Below are positions 17,908 through 26,948 of a DNA stretch of 64,000 nt, one piece after another (the first letter of the stretch is position 1; each line of letters starts with the position of its first letter). A program made the translations under genes and the position numbers. This DNA comes from an uncultured Pseudomonadota bacterium (GTDB taxonomy: Bacteria > Pseudomonadota > Alphaproteobacteria > JACZXZ01), in NCBI GenBank assembly GCA_963749075.1, contig CAVVLJ010000017.1, positions 128,001-192,000 on the forward strand. The letters are read 5' to 3'. The notes below the pieces were generated by a model that had not been told where the DNA came from, did not search any database, and saw only the letters and a list, made by a program, of their open reading frames with translations.

Positions 17908-20181
17908 ATGAACGAAGCAGCACCGCGTTTCAAATGGGTTGGCACCCGGCCGGTTCGTCCGGACGGGGTGCCGAAGGTGACCGGGCGCGCCCTCTATGGC
18001 GCCGACTTCGCGATGCCGGGCATGCTGGTAGGCGCCATCCTGCGCTCGCCCCACGCGCACGCGCGCATCCGCTCGATCGACACCTCGAAGGCGGCGGCAC
18101 TGCCCGGGGTCAAGGCGGTGGTCACGTCCGCGGACTTCCCCGAGCAGAAATTCGAGTATGTGGGCCCCGAGCGCGTCGCGATGAACTTCTGGCACATGAC
18201 GCGCAACGTCATGGCGCGCGAGAAGGCGCTCTACGAGGGCCACGCAGTCGCCGCCGTGGCGGCCATCAGCAAGGCCGTGGCCGACGAGGCGCTGTCGCTG
18301 ATCGCGGTCGACTACGAGGTGCTGCCGCACGTCATCGACGTCGACGAGGCGATGAAGCCCGATGCGCCGCTCCTCTTCCCCGACATGATCGCGCGGGGCA
18401 TCGATCCGGCGGGGGCCAAGCCCTCCAACATCTCGAAGCGCGTCGAGTACAAGCTCGGCGAGCTCGAGGCCGGCTTCGCCGCGGCCGATGAGATCGTCGA
18501 GATGAAGTTCAAGACCGCCCCGGTGCACCAGGCCTATATCGAGCCGCACGGCTGCGTGGCACGCTTCGACGCCGACGGCCAGGGCGAGCTGTGGAGCTCG
18601 AGCCAGGGGCATTTCGTGGTGCGCACGCTGACCGCGAAGCTGCTCGGCATGAACGTCGCCGACCTGCGCGTCTATCCCGCCGAGATCGGCGGCGGCTTCG
18701 GCGGCAAGACCGTGGTCTACGTCGAGCCCGTGGCGACCATGCTCGCGCGCAAATCGGGCGCTCCGGTCAAGATCGTGATGAGCCGCGAGGACGTCTTCAG
18801 GGCCTCGGGCCCGACCTCGGGTGCCTCGATGACGGTCAAGATCGGCGTCAGGAAGGACGGCAAGATCGTCGCCGCCGACGGCGTCTTCAAGTACCAGGCC
18901 GGCGCCTTCCCCGGCTCTCCGGTGATGAACGGCTGCATGTGCGCCTTCTCGCCCTACGACATTCCGAACGCGCGCTCGGTCGGCTACGACGTGGTGTGCA
19001 ACCGCCCGAAGGTGGCGGCCTACCGCGCACCCGGCTCGCCGATCGCGGCTTTCGCGGTCGAGAGCGTGCTCGACGTGCTCGCGCAGAAGATCGGCATGGA
19101 TCCGCTGCAATTCCGCCTGAAGAACGCGGCCCGGGCGGGCACGCAGATGCTCTACGGGCCCAAGCTCGCGCACAACGGCTATGCGGAGACCATCGAGGCG
19201 CTGCTCAACCATCCGGGCTACAAGGCGCCGCTCAAGAAGAACCAGGGGCGCGGCGTCGCCTCCGGCTACTGGTTCAACGCCGGCGGCGAATCGAGCGCCA
19301 CCGTGCACGTGAATGAGGACGGCACCGTGGTCGTCGCGACCGGCAGCCCCGACATCGGCGGCTCGCGCGCCTCGATGGCGCTCATGGCGGCCGAGACGCT
19401 CGGCGTCGACTACGACCGGGTGCGCCCGATCGTCGCCGACACCGCGTCGATCGGCTATACCCATTTGACCGGCGGCTCGCGCGTCACCTTTGCGACCGGC
19501 ATCGCGGTGGTCGAGGCCACGAGGAAGGTGATCAACGAGCTCTGCGCCCGCGCGGCCATGATGTGGAAGGTCGATGCCGAGGGCGTCATCTGGGAGGACG
19601 GCCAAGCCAGGCCGGCGAGCAGCAACGTCGGCGATTTCGAGCCGCTGTCGCTCAAGGAGATCGCCGCCAAGCGCGGGCTGACCGGCGGGCCGATCGGGGC
19701 CGAGGCCTGCGTCAACCCCGCCGCCGTCGCCCCCGGCTTCTCCACCCAGTTCTGCGACGTCGAGGTCGATCCCGAGACCGGCAAGGTGACCGTGCTGCGC
19801 TTCGTCGCCGCCCAGGACGTCGGCCGCGCCATCCACCCGAGCTACGTCGAGGGGCAGATCCAGGGCGGCGTCGCGCAGGGCATCGGCTGGGCCTTGAACG
19901 AGGAGTACATCTACAGCGACAAGGGACGCCTCGACAATCCGGGCTTCCTCGACTACCGCATACCCGTGGCCTCCGATCTGCCGATGATCGAGACGCTGCT
20001 CGTCGAGGTGCCGAACCCCGGCCATCCCTACGGCGCCAAGGGCGTCGGCGAGGTCAATATCTGCCCGCCGATGGCGGCCATCGCCAACGCGATCGACCGC
20101 GCGGTCGGCCGGCGCCTGACCGAATTGCCCATGTCGCCGCCGAAGGTGCTGGCCGCCATCGACGGGGGGAAGAAGACGTAG
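17908..20181 (+). CDS. xanthine dehydrogenase family molybdopterin-binding subunit, substrate unknown
   Basis: GGGFGGK, AYRAPG active-site loop, GQIQGG, AKGVGE. Confidence 0.93.
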   Translation: MNEAAPRFKWVGTRPVRPDGVPKVTGRALYGADFAMPGMLVGAILRSPHAHARIRSIDTSKAAALPGVKAVVTSADFPEQKFEYVGPERVAMNFWHMTRNVMAREKALYEGHAVAAVAAISKAVADEALSLIAVDYEVLPHVIDVDEAMKPDAPLLFPDMIARGIDPAGAKPSNISKRVEYKLGELEAGFAAADEIVEMKFKTAPVHQAYIEPHGCVARFDADGQGELWSSSQGHFVVRTLTAKLLGMNVADLRVYPAEIGGGFGGKTVVYVEPVATMLARKSGAPVKIVMSREDVFRASGPTSGASMTVKIGVRKDGKIVAADGVFKYQAGAFPGSPVMNGCMCAFSPYDIPNARSVGYDVVCNRPKVAAYRAPGSPIAAFAVESVLDVLAQKIGMDPLQFRLKNAARAGTQMLYGPKLAHNGYAETIEALLNHPGYKAPLKKNQGRGVASGYWFNAGGESSATVHVNEDGTVVVATGSPDIGGSRASMALMAAETLGVDYDRVRPIVADTASIGYTHLTGGSRVTFATGIAVVEATRKVINELCARAAMMWKVDAEGVIWEDGQARPASSNVGDFEPLSLKEIAAKRGLTGGPIGAEACVNPAAVAPGFSTQFCDVEVDPETGKVTVLRFVAAQDVGRAIHPSYVEGQIQGGVAQGIGWALNEEYIYSDKGRLDNPGFLDYRIPVASDLPMIETLLVEVPNPGHPYGAKGVGEVNICPPMAAIANAIDRAVGRRLTELPMSPPKVLAAIDGGKKT
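20047..20181 (+). repeat. direct repeat copy 1 (3' 135 bp of the Mo-subunit gene)
   Basis: Aligns without gaps to 20940-21074. Confidence 0.9.
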
Positions 20182-20249
20182 AGCCGAGCGGGCCACCTCT
20201 CCTGACGAGAGAGCTGGGCGCGACCGCTCGCGGGCCCATGGGCATGCCC

Positions 20250-20549
20250 TCACGCGGCGCGCGGGCTGACGGCGCGCTTGATTTCCGCGCCCTTCTTGAT
20301 CTCGGTGGTACGGAGATCGTAGGCCGTCTGCAGGTCAAGCCAGAACTCGGGCGTGCTGCCGAGGTAGCGCGCCAGCCGCATTGCGGTGTCGGCTGACACT
20401 GCGCGCTTGCCGTGAAGGATGCCCGTCACGCGGTTCGCCGGCACGCCGAGCGCCTTCGCGAAGGCGTTGGCCGAAAGCCCGAGCTCCTTGAGCACATCCT
20501 CCCGGAGAATCTCGCCGGGGTGGATCGGTCGCATGCTGTTCCTTGCCAT
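20250..20549 (-). CDS. higA: HigA family antitoxin (HTH)
   Basis: PIHPGEILRED, A.ALGVP.NRV, TAMRLARY.G.TPEFWLDLQ. Confidence 0.93.
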   Translation of the reverse strand: MARNSMRPIHPGEILREDVLKELGLSANAFAKALGVPANRVTGILHGKRAVSADTAMRLARYLGSTPEFWLDLQTAYDLRTTEIKKGAEIKRAVSPRAA

Positions 20550-20563
20550 CGCCGCCGTCCTCG

Positions 20564-20845
20564 CTAGTCGCGGTAATCGACGATCTCGACGTTGTACGGC
20601 CCGTCGCTCCGCCACTCGAAAGAGACCCGCCACTGCCGGTTGATCCGGATGCTGTGCTCGCCCCGGCGGTGGCCGCGCAGCGCCTCGAGGCGGTTGCCCG
20701 GCACCGCGGCGAGATCGCGAAGCGCCCTCGCTTTGTCGAGCATCGCCAGCCGGCGCGCCGCCTGCTCGGCGAAGGCCCGGAACTGCGGCACGTGCCGGCC
20801 CTCGAAGAAGGCTTGCGTGCGCCTGTCCCCGAAGCTTCGGATCAT
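20564..20845 (-). CDS. higB: HigB family toxin (RelE-like)
   Basis: MIRSF, PGNRLEALRG.R.G.HSIRINRQWR, VEIVDY; toxin precedes antitoxin. Confidence 0.92.
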   Translation of the reverse strand: MIRSFGDRRTQAFFEGRHVPQFRAFAEQAARRLAMLDKARALRDLAAVPGNRLEALRGHRRGEHSIRINRQWRVSFEWRSDGPYNVEIVDYRD

Positions 20846-20869
20846 GGCGGCAGGCTACCCGTGGGACAT

Positions 20870-20886
20870 TTTACGTCAAGCGTAAA
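20870..20886. promoter_or_regulatory. palindromic operator upstream of higBA
   Basis: TTTACG-TCAAG-CGTAAA inverted repeat 25 nt upstream of higB. Confidence 0.6.
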
Positions 20887-20939
20887 GGGCGGGCTACCGC
20901 CTTTTTGATCCGCAGCCTTTACCGCGGTCATCGATCGCG

Positions 20940-21074
20940 GGCAAGGTCACTGTCTGCTCGCCGATGGCGGCCATCGCCAACACGATCGACCGCGCGATCG
21001 GCCGGCGCCTGACCGATTTGCCCATGTCGCCGCCGCAAGTGCTCGCCGCGATCGATGCGGGGAAGAAGACGTAG
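20940..21074 (+). pseudogene. direct repeat copy 2: diverged duplicate of the Mo-subunit 3' end including its stop
   Basis: GGCAAGGTCACTGTCTGCTCGCCGATGGCGGCCATCGCCAAC...GGAAGAAGACGTAG versus 20047-20181. Confidence 0.88.
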
Positions 21075-21227
21075 GATTGAATTCGTTGGCGATCGCTGGA
21101 TGACTTGAGGCCGAACTCGCGGGAGGCGGCGATTCCGTTGCGCTAAGCCAGCCGGCCGGCCGCGCCATCAGTCCGAAGCCATATCCTCCAAGCAAACGCG
21201 CTCCGCCTCGGAGGGGATTCCCCGGCC

Positions 21228-21596
21228 TCAATCATCGCTTTGTAGGTGAACGCGAACCCGCCCCGGCTCCACGATCCACAACGCGCCCGTCGGCGATTGC
21301 GCTTCGCTCAAAGCCAGAAAATCCCTCAGGCGATCCAGCAACGATTGCGGCGTCATCCGCGCCCCAGGCTCCAAAATTACCAGCCCGGCGCTTTGTCCTG
21401 GCGGAAACCGAAGAACCTGACCGAAATCGTGGTCCAAAGTGACGAGGACCCGGCCTTCGCCTCTGCAGATGTTAAAGACGGTTTCGTCGGGTGCTCCCCG
21501 AAGGTTCTGGTCTCTCACGGACACCACGTCATGCCCTGCGGCCCTCAGCAGTTCGGCGCCCCTTCGACCGATGTTCTCATCCAGCTTGATCTTCAT
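21228..21596 (-). CDS. DUF5615/PIN-like putative toxin
   Basis: MKIKLDEN, GHDV, D..V...C..EGRVLVTLDHDFG. Confidence 0.85.
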   Translation of the reverse strand: MKIKLDENIGRRGAELLRAAGHDVVSVRDQNLRGAPDETVFNICRGEGRVLVTLDHDFGQVLRFPPGQSAGLVILEPGARMTPQSLLDRLRDFLALSEAQSPTGALWIVEPGRVRVHLQSDD

Positions 21597-21839
21597 TCAC
21601 GCGACGTGGCCGAGCGGAATCGGCAGAATTCGCTCGCGCGACATCTCCGCGCCATAGGCAATCGCGGCCAATACATCTTGGTGAGTTAGCTGAGGATATT
21701 CGGCTTGCAGTTCCGCCTCGGCCATCCCGCTGGCGAGGAAATCCAGGACAAGCGCCACCCAGATGCGCGTACCCCTGATGCAGGGCTTCCCGCCGCATAT
21801 CTCGGGATCGATGGAAATTCGATCAAGCAGTGCGTTCAA
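21597..21839 (-). CDS. DUF433 putative antitoxin
   Basis: RISIDPEICGGKPCIRGTRI, EYPQL...DV.AAIAY; directly abuts the PIN-like gene. Confidence 0.9.
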   Translation of the reverse strand: MNALLDRISIDPEICGGKPCIRGTRIWVALVLDFLASGMAEAELQAEYPQLTHQDVLAAIAYGAEMSRERILPIPLGHVA

Positions 21840-21958
21840 GGTCGGCCATCCTTATCCAGTTGAAGCAACATAGCATTTCGAGCTAGCCAGGTCATTCGCC
21901 TTGGTCAATGGGTGCGGATCGTCGCACTCGGACGAAAGCCGGCGTAGCCAGCCGTTGC

Positions 21959-22034
21959 TGGCGACCCCTACGGGATTCGAACCCGTGTTACCGCCGTGAA
22001 AGGGCGATGTCCTAGGCCTCTAGACGAAGGGGTC
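21959..22034 (-). tRNA. tRNA-Glu (TTC)
   Basis: GACCCCTTCGTCTAGAGGCCTAGGACATCGCCCTTTCACGGCGGTAACACGGGTTCGAATCCCGTAGGGGTCGCCA; cloverleaf with CCA end. Confidence 0.97.
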
Positions 22035-22146
22035 GCGGCGGCGCGCGGAGAGCGGGAGAGGTAGCGTTTCCCCATCCGCTTGGCAAGCGGCCCGATGGCT
22101 TGGTCGTGCCTGGGGTTGAATATCCACAAGCGGCGATGAGGTATTG

Positions 22147-22298
22147 TTCCTCTCCTCCTTTAGGAGGAGAGGAGGGGCCCATCGCGAAGCGATGGGAAGG
22201 TGAGGAGGCCGACCGCTTGTGCGCCTCTGCGGCCGGCGATGTGGCTTGCGAAGCCGCCTCCTCACCCCGGCCCTCTCCTCCTGAAGGAGGAGAGGGAG
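22147..22298. repeat. REP-like inverted doublet related to family A
   Basis: CCTCTCCTCCT-TT-AGGAGGAGAGG...GGTGAGG, then inverted CCTCACC...CCCTCTCCTCCT-GA-AGGAGGAGAGGG. Confidence 0.75.
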
Positions 22299-22650
22299 AT
22301 CGGAGTCGCTCCATGGCGGCGCAGCGGCGGAAAGAATGGGGCCGGCGCCGCGTCGGGTAGGGAACGCGGCGGCCGGCCCAGCATCCGACGCCGTCGGCGG
22401 CTTCGGGGGAGGAAGCGCACCGAGGCGGACAATCGGACGAAGCGTCGCTATGCGCTCAACAGTCTCGGCGTTGTTGGCATCGCGCCCGGGCCAAGCTGCG
22501 CCCGGCGCGAATTCGAGGCACCCTTGCCCGCCTTCGACTGGTGAATTCCACCGTAAAATCGGCGCCTTGAGCTGTCAATCGCAGGACAAGCACATATCTG
22601 TGATGTTGAATTGATTTTGCGCAGAACATCGCTCGTTTGGCCGTCGGCGC

Positions 22651-24411
22651 CTAGGGCTCGGCTGCGTCGTCGATGACGAATTGCACGCCGTCCGGGCCGC
22701 TCCAGGCGTCGGCGCGCAGGTGGCCGGCCAAGTGGAGGGCTGTGGCAGGCCGGCGCAGCAGCGCCCGGCCGAGCGCCGTCTCGAGGCAACGGAAGGCGAT
22801 CGCCTTGAGCCGGCCGCCGCCCGCGTCAGCAAGGATGCAGCGCACGTGGGCGCTGCCCACCACGTCGGCGCGCACCACCGTCGCCGCAGTGAGGGCGAAG
22901 CGCGGCTCGGGGTTGCCGGCGCCGAAGGGCTGCAGGCGCTCGAGGAGCTCGACGAGCGGGCGTCTGGCCGCCGCGAGCGAGAGCGCGCCGTCGAGCCGAA
23001 GCGTCGGCACGATGCCCTTCTCGGCGATCTCGCCCCCGAGACGCGCCTCGAGGAAGGCGTGGAGCTCGCCAAGCCGCTCCGCCGCCACCGTGAAGCCGCC
23101 GGCCATGGCGTGCCCGCCGCCGTTCACGAGGAGCCCCTCCTGCTTGGCCGCGATCACCGCGGCACCGAGGTCGACGCCGCCGACCGAGCGGCCCGAGCCG
23201 CGGCCGATGCCGCCGTCGCGCGCCACCACCACGGCCGGCCGCTGATAGCGCTCCTTGAGCCGGCTCGCCACGATGCCGATGACGCCGGGATGCCAGCCCT
23301 CCCCCGCGGCAAAGGCGATGGCGGCCGCAGGTGCCGCCTCGACCGCGGCGATGGCTTCCACCAGCACGGCGGCCTCGATCTCCTGGCGCTCCCGGTTGTA
23401 GCCGTCGAGCCGGCGCGCCAGCGTCTGCGCCTCGCCGGGATCGGCGGTCGCAAGCAGGCGCACGCCCAGGTCCGCCTCGCCCACCCGGCCGCCCGCATTG
23501 ACGCGCGGGCCCAAGAGAAAGCCCAGGTGGTAGGCGCTCGGCCGCTCGTCGATGCGCGCCACGTCGGCAATAGCGGCGAGGCCCGGATTGGCGCGCCGCG
23601 CCATCACCTTGAGGCCTTGCGCCACCAGCGCGCGGTTGACGCCGGTGAGCGGCACCACGTCGCACACGGTGCCGAGGGCCACCAGGTCGAGCCACTGCAT
23701 GAGGTCGGGCTCCGGCCGCGTGCGGTAGCGGCCGGCCTCGCGCAGCAGGCGGTTGACCGCGACGGCGAGGAGGAAGGCGACGCCCACGGCGGCGAGCTGG
23801 CGGTGCGGGCTCGTCTCGTCGAGGCGGTTGGGATTGATCACCGCGTAAGCGGGCGGCAGCCGCGGCTCGGCCAGGTGATGGTCCACCACGATGACGTTGA
23901 GCCCGGCCGCGGCGGCGGCGCCGAGCGCCTCGTGGGCGGCGGTGCCGCAGTCGACGGTGATGACGAGCCCGGCGCCCGCGGCCTTGAGGCCGAGGAGCGC
24001 CGGCGCGTTCGGCCCGTAGCCTTCCCTAATGCGGTCGGGAATATAGACGCGCACGGGCACGCCGAGGTGAGCCAAGAAGCGCTTGAGAAGGGCCGCCGAA
24101 GTGGCGCCGTCCACGTCGTAATCGCCGAGCACGGCGATGGGCTCGCCCGCAACGACCGCCTGGGCGATACGCCCGGCGGCGCGCGTCATGTCGCGGAGAT
24201 GGAAGGGGTCGGGGAGGTGCGCGCGCAGCGTAGGCGAGAGGAAGGACTCGGCCTCCTCGCTGCCGATGCCGCGCGCCGCTAGTGCGCGCGCCACCGGCTC
24301 GGGCAGCGAGAGGCGCTGAGCGAGGGCCAGGGCTGCGCGGTCGTCGCCGCTCTCGGCCCGCCAGCGCCGCCCGAGGAGCGAGCGCTCGACGCCGAGAAAG
24401 GCCTCGCTCAC
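22651..24411 (-). CDS. recJ: single-stranded-DNA-specific exonuclease RecJ
   Basis: GDYDVDGATS, TVDCG, VDHH, GSGRS, GGHAMAGG. Confidence 0.96.
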   Translation of the reverse strand: MSEAFLGVERSLLGRRWRAESGDDRAALALAQRLSLPEPVARALAARGIGSEEAESFLSPTLRAHLPDPFHLRDMTRAAGRIAQAVVAGEPIAVLGDYDVDGATSAALLKRFLAHLGVPVRVYIPDRIREGYGPNAPALLGLKAAGAGLVITVDCGTAAHEALGAAAAAGLNVIVVDHHLAEPRLPPAYAVINPNRLDETSPHRQLAAVGVAFLLAVAVNRLLREAGRYRTRPEPDLMQWLDLVALGTVCDVVPLTGVNRALVAQGLKVMARRANPGLAAIADVARIDERPSAYHLGFLLGPRVNAGGRVGEADLGVRLLATADPGEAQTLARRLDGYNRERQEIEAAVLVEAIAAVEAAPAAAIAFAAGEGWHPGVIGIVASRLKERYQRPAVVVARDGGIGRGSGRSVGGVDLGAAVIAAKQEGLLVNGGGHAMAGGFTVAAERLGELHAFLEARLGGEIAEKGIVPTLRLDGALSLAAARRPLVELLERLQPFGAGNPEPRFALTAATVVRADVVGSAHVRCILADAGGGRLKAIAFRCLETALGRALLRRPATALHLAGHLRADAWSGPDGVQFVIDDAAEP

Positions 24412-24445
24412 CACCTCATGGGCGCGGAGCGGGCGCATCCTCGCC

Positions 24446-25429
24446 TCACGCGCCGACGATGCCGGGCTTGCGGTCGAAATTGTGGGTCGCCTCGATGAAG
24501 CGCACCGTGCCGGTCTTGGAGCGCATCACGATCGAGTGGGTGCGCCCGCCGCCGTGCCAGCGGCGCACGCCGCGCAGGAGCGAGCCGTCGGTGACCCCGG
24601 TCGCGGCGAACATCACGTCGCCGCTCGCCATATCCATGAGCCCGTATTTGCGCCCGAGATCGTCGATGCCGAGGCGGCGGGCGCGGCCTATCTCGTCGTC
24701 GTTGCGGAAGATGAGGCGGCCCTGCATCTGGCCGCCGATGCAGCGCAAGGCGGCCGCCGCCAGCACGCCCTCCGGCGCCCCGCCCGAGCCGAGATAGATG
24801 TCGACTCCGCTCTCCTTGAGCGCCGTGGCGATGACGCCGCTCACGTCGCCGTCGGAGATCAGCATGATGCGCGCCCCCGCCTCGCGCACTTTGGCGATGA
24901 GCTCGCCGTGGCGCGGCCGGTCGAGGATGCAGGCGACAAGATCGCCCACCTCGCACGCCTTGGCCTTGGCAAGACTGGCGAGGTTCGCCTTGGGCGCCGT
25001 TTCGAGATCCACGATGCCGTCCGGCAGCCCGCCGCCGACCGCGATCTTGTCCATATAGACGTCGGGCGCGTTGAGGAAGCCGCCGTGGTCGGCGACCGCG
25101 ATCACGGCGAGCGCGTTGGGCCCGCCCTTGGCGGTGATCGTGGTGCCCTCGAGGGGATCGAGTGCGATGTCCACCCTGGGCCCGTCGCCGGTCCCCACCT
25201 TCTCGCCGATATAGAGCATCGGCGCCTCGTCGCGCTCGCCCTCGCCGATCACCACCGTGCCCTCGATGCGCAGCCCGTTCAAGGCCGAGCGCATGGCGTC
25301 GACGGCGGCCTGGTCGGCCGCCTTCTCGTCGCCGCGCCCCATGAGGCGCGAGGCGGCAAGCGCCGCCCACTCGGTCACCCGCACAACCTCGAGCGCGAGG
25401 TTGCGGTCCATGCGCTGCACGTTGGCCAT
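24446..25429 (-). CDS. glpX: class II fructose-1,6-bisphosphatase
   Basis: VVIGEGERDEAPMLYIGE, DPLEGT, GGAPEGVL. Confidence 0.97.
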   Translation of the reverse strand: MANVQRMDRNLALEVVRVTEWAALAASRLMGRGDEKAADQAAVDAMRSALNGLRIEGTVVIGEGERDEAPMLYIGEKVGTGDGPRVDIALDPLEGTTITAKGGPNALAVIAVADHGGFLNAPDVYMDKIAVGGGLPDGIVDLETAPKANLASLAKAKACEVGDLVACILDRPRHGELIAKVREAGARIMLISDGDVSGVIATALKESGVDIYLGSGGAPEGVLAAAALRCIGGQMQGRLIFRNDDEIGRARRLGIDDLGRKYGLMDMASGDVMFAATGVTDGSLLRGVRRWHGGGRTHSIVMRSKTGTVRFIEATHNFDRKPGIVGA

Positions 25430-25516
25430 TGTGTCCTCTTATGTCCTTGTCGCGGCGTTTCTTCCCCAGGGGCATCATAGCGCTTCCCGCCGCCGGAAGC
25501 ATGGGCGCGCGGCATA

Positions 25517-25615
25517 CCCCCCTCCCTACCCTCCCCCTCAAGGGGGGAGGGGAAGTGCATCGCATGGCAACAACATGCCCCCTCCCCCCTCGAGGGGGAG
25601 GGTTGGGGTGGGGGG
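25517..25615. repeat. REP-like inverted doublet, family A
   Basis: Arms closely similar to those at 12472-12569. Confidence 0.85.
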
Positions 25616-25641
25616 ACTGCTGCGCTCGATGACCCCGAGCA

Positions 25642-26934
25642 CTAAAGCGGCTCGATGCGGATCATGCGCGGCGGTTCCTTGACCGAGTCGAGGCGGGCGA
25701 TCTGCTGGAGTGCGCGCGACATTTTCGCTTCCTCGGTCTCGTGGGTGGTGAGCACGACCGGCACCGCCTCGTCGGGCGCCCGGGCGCGCTGGAGCATGGC
25801 CTCGAGCGACACCTCCTGGTCGCGCAAGGCCGCCGCCACGTCGGCGATCACGCCGGGACGGTCCACCACCATGAGCCGGATGTAATAGGCGCCGACGTGG
25901 CGCTCGATGGGTGCGCGCGGGGCGGCCTTGAGCTCGCGGGCCGGCACGCCGAAGGTGGGCGAGCGGCGGCCGAGGGCGATGTCGACGATGTCGGAGATGA
26001 CGGCGGAGGCGGTCGGGCCGGCGCCGGCGCCGCGGCCCTCGTATTCGGTCGTCTCGGCGAGATCGCCCTTGGCGACCACCGCGTTGAGCACGCCCTCGAC
26101 GTGGGCGAAGGAGGTCTCGAGCGCCACCATGCAGGGATGCACGCGCTGCTCGAGGCCGTGCGCGGTGAGGCGCGCGCTGCCGAGGAGCTTGATGCGGTAG
26201 CCGAGCTCCTCGGCGTATTTGATGTCGAGCGGCGAGACGTGGCGGATGCCCTCCATGTGCACGCCGGCGAAATCCACCTGGGTGCCGAAGGCGAGGCTTG
26301 CGAGGATGGCGAGCTTGTGCGCGGCGTCGATGCCGTCAACGTCGAAGCTCGGATCCGCCTCCGCATAGCCGAGGCGCTGGGCGTCGGCCAAGGCCGCCGA
26401 GAACTCGCGGCCGCTCCTGCGCATGTCGGTGAGGATGTAGTTGCAGGTGCCGTTGAGGATGCCGTAGACGCGCTCGATGCGGTTGCCGGCCAGGCTCTCG
26501 CGCAGCGCCTTCACGATGGGGATGCCGCCCGCGACCGCCGCCTCGTAGCTGAGGGCGACGCCCGCCGCCTCGGCCTTGAGCGCGAGCTCGCTGCCGTGGA
26601 GCGCGAGGAGTGCCTTGTTGGCCGTCACCACGTGGCGCCGGCGCTCGAGCGCCGCCTCGATCACCGCCTTGGCGATGCCGTCCGAGCCGCCGATGAGCTC
26701 GACCACCACGTCGGCCGGCGCCTCGCGCGCCATGGCGGCGGCGTCGTCGTACCAGGCGATGCCGGCGAGCGCCACGCCGCGCTCGCGCCGCCGGTCCCGG
26801 GCGCTCACCGCCGTGACCGCGAGCGGCCGGCCGCAGCGCTGCGCCAGGAGCTCCGCGTTCTTGGCGAGAGCCGCGAGCGTGCCGGCACCGACCGTTCCGA
26901 GGCCGGCAATCGCGATGCGCAAGGGCTTGCTCAA
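25642..26934 (-). CDS. hom: homoserine dehydrogenase with ACT domain
   Basis: IAGLGTVG, VVTANKA, GILNGTCNYIL, DRPGV ACT domain; TTG start uncertain (26934 or 26952). Confidence 0.95.
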   Translation of the reverse strand: MSKPLRIAIAGLGTVGAGTLAALAKNAELLAQRCGRPLAVTAVSARDRRRERGVALAGIAWYDDAAAMAREAPADVVVELIGGSDGIAKAVIEAALERRRHVVTANKALLALHGSELALKAEAAGVALSYEAAVAGGIPIVKALRESLAGNRIERVYGILNGTCNYILTDMRRSGREFSAALADAQRLGYAEADPSFDVDGIDAAHKLAILASLAFGTQVDFAGVHMEGIRHVSPLDIKYAEELGYRIKLLGSARLTAHGLEQRVHPCMVALETSFAHVEGVLNAVVAKGDLAETTEYEGRGAGAGPTASAVISDIVDIALGRRSPTFGVPARELKAAPRAPIERHVGAYYIRLMVVDRPGVIADVAAALRDQEVSLEAMLQRARAPDEAVPVVLTTHETEEAKMSRALQQIARLDSVKEPPRMIRIEPL

Positions 26935-26948
26935 GAGCGGGGGCTCGC

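Noticed and set aside
16529-20181. Aerobic CO dehydrogenase (coxMSL)
   Set aside because: Active-site loop is AYRAPG, not AYRCSFR, and no cox accessory genes are present
22300-22650. Possible ncRNA or small gene between tRNA-Glu and recJ
   Set aside because: No recognisable RNA family motif or convincing ORF; cannot be supported from sequence alone
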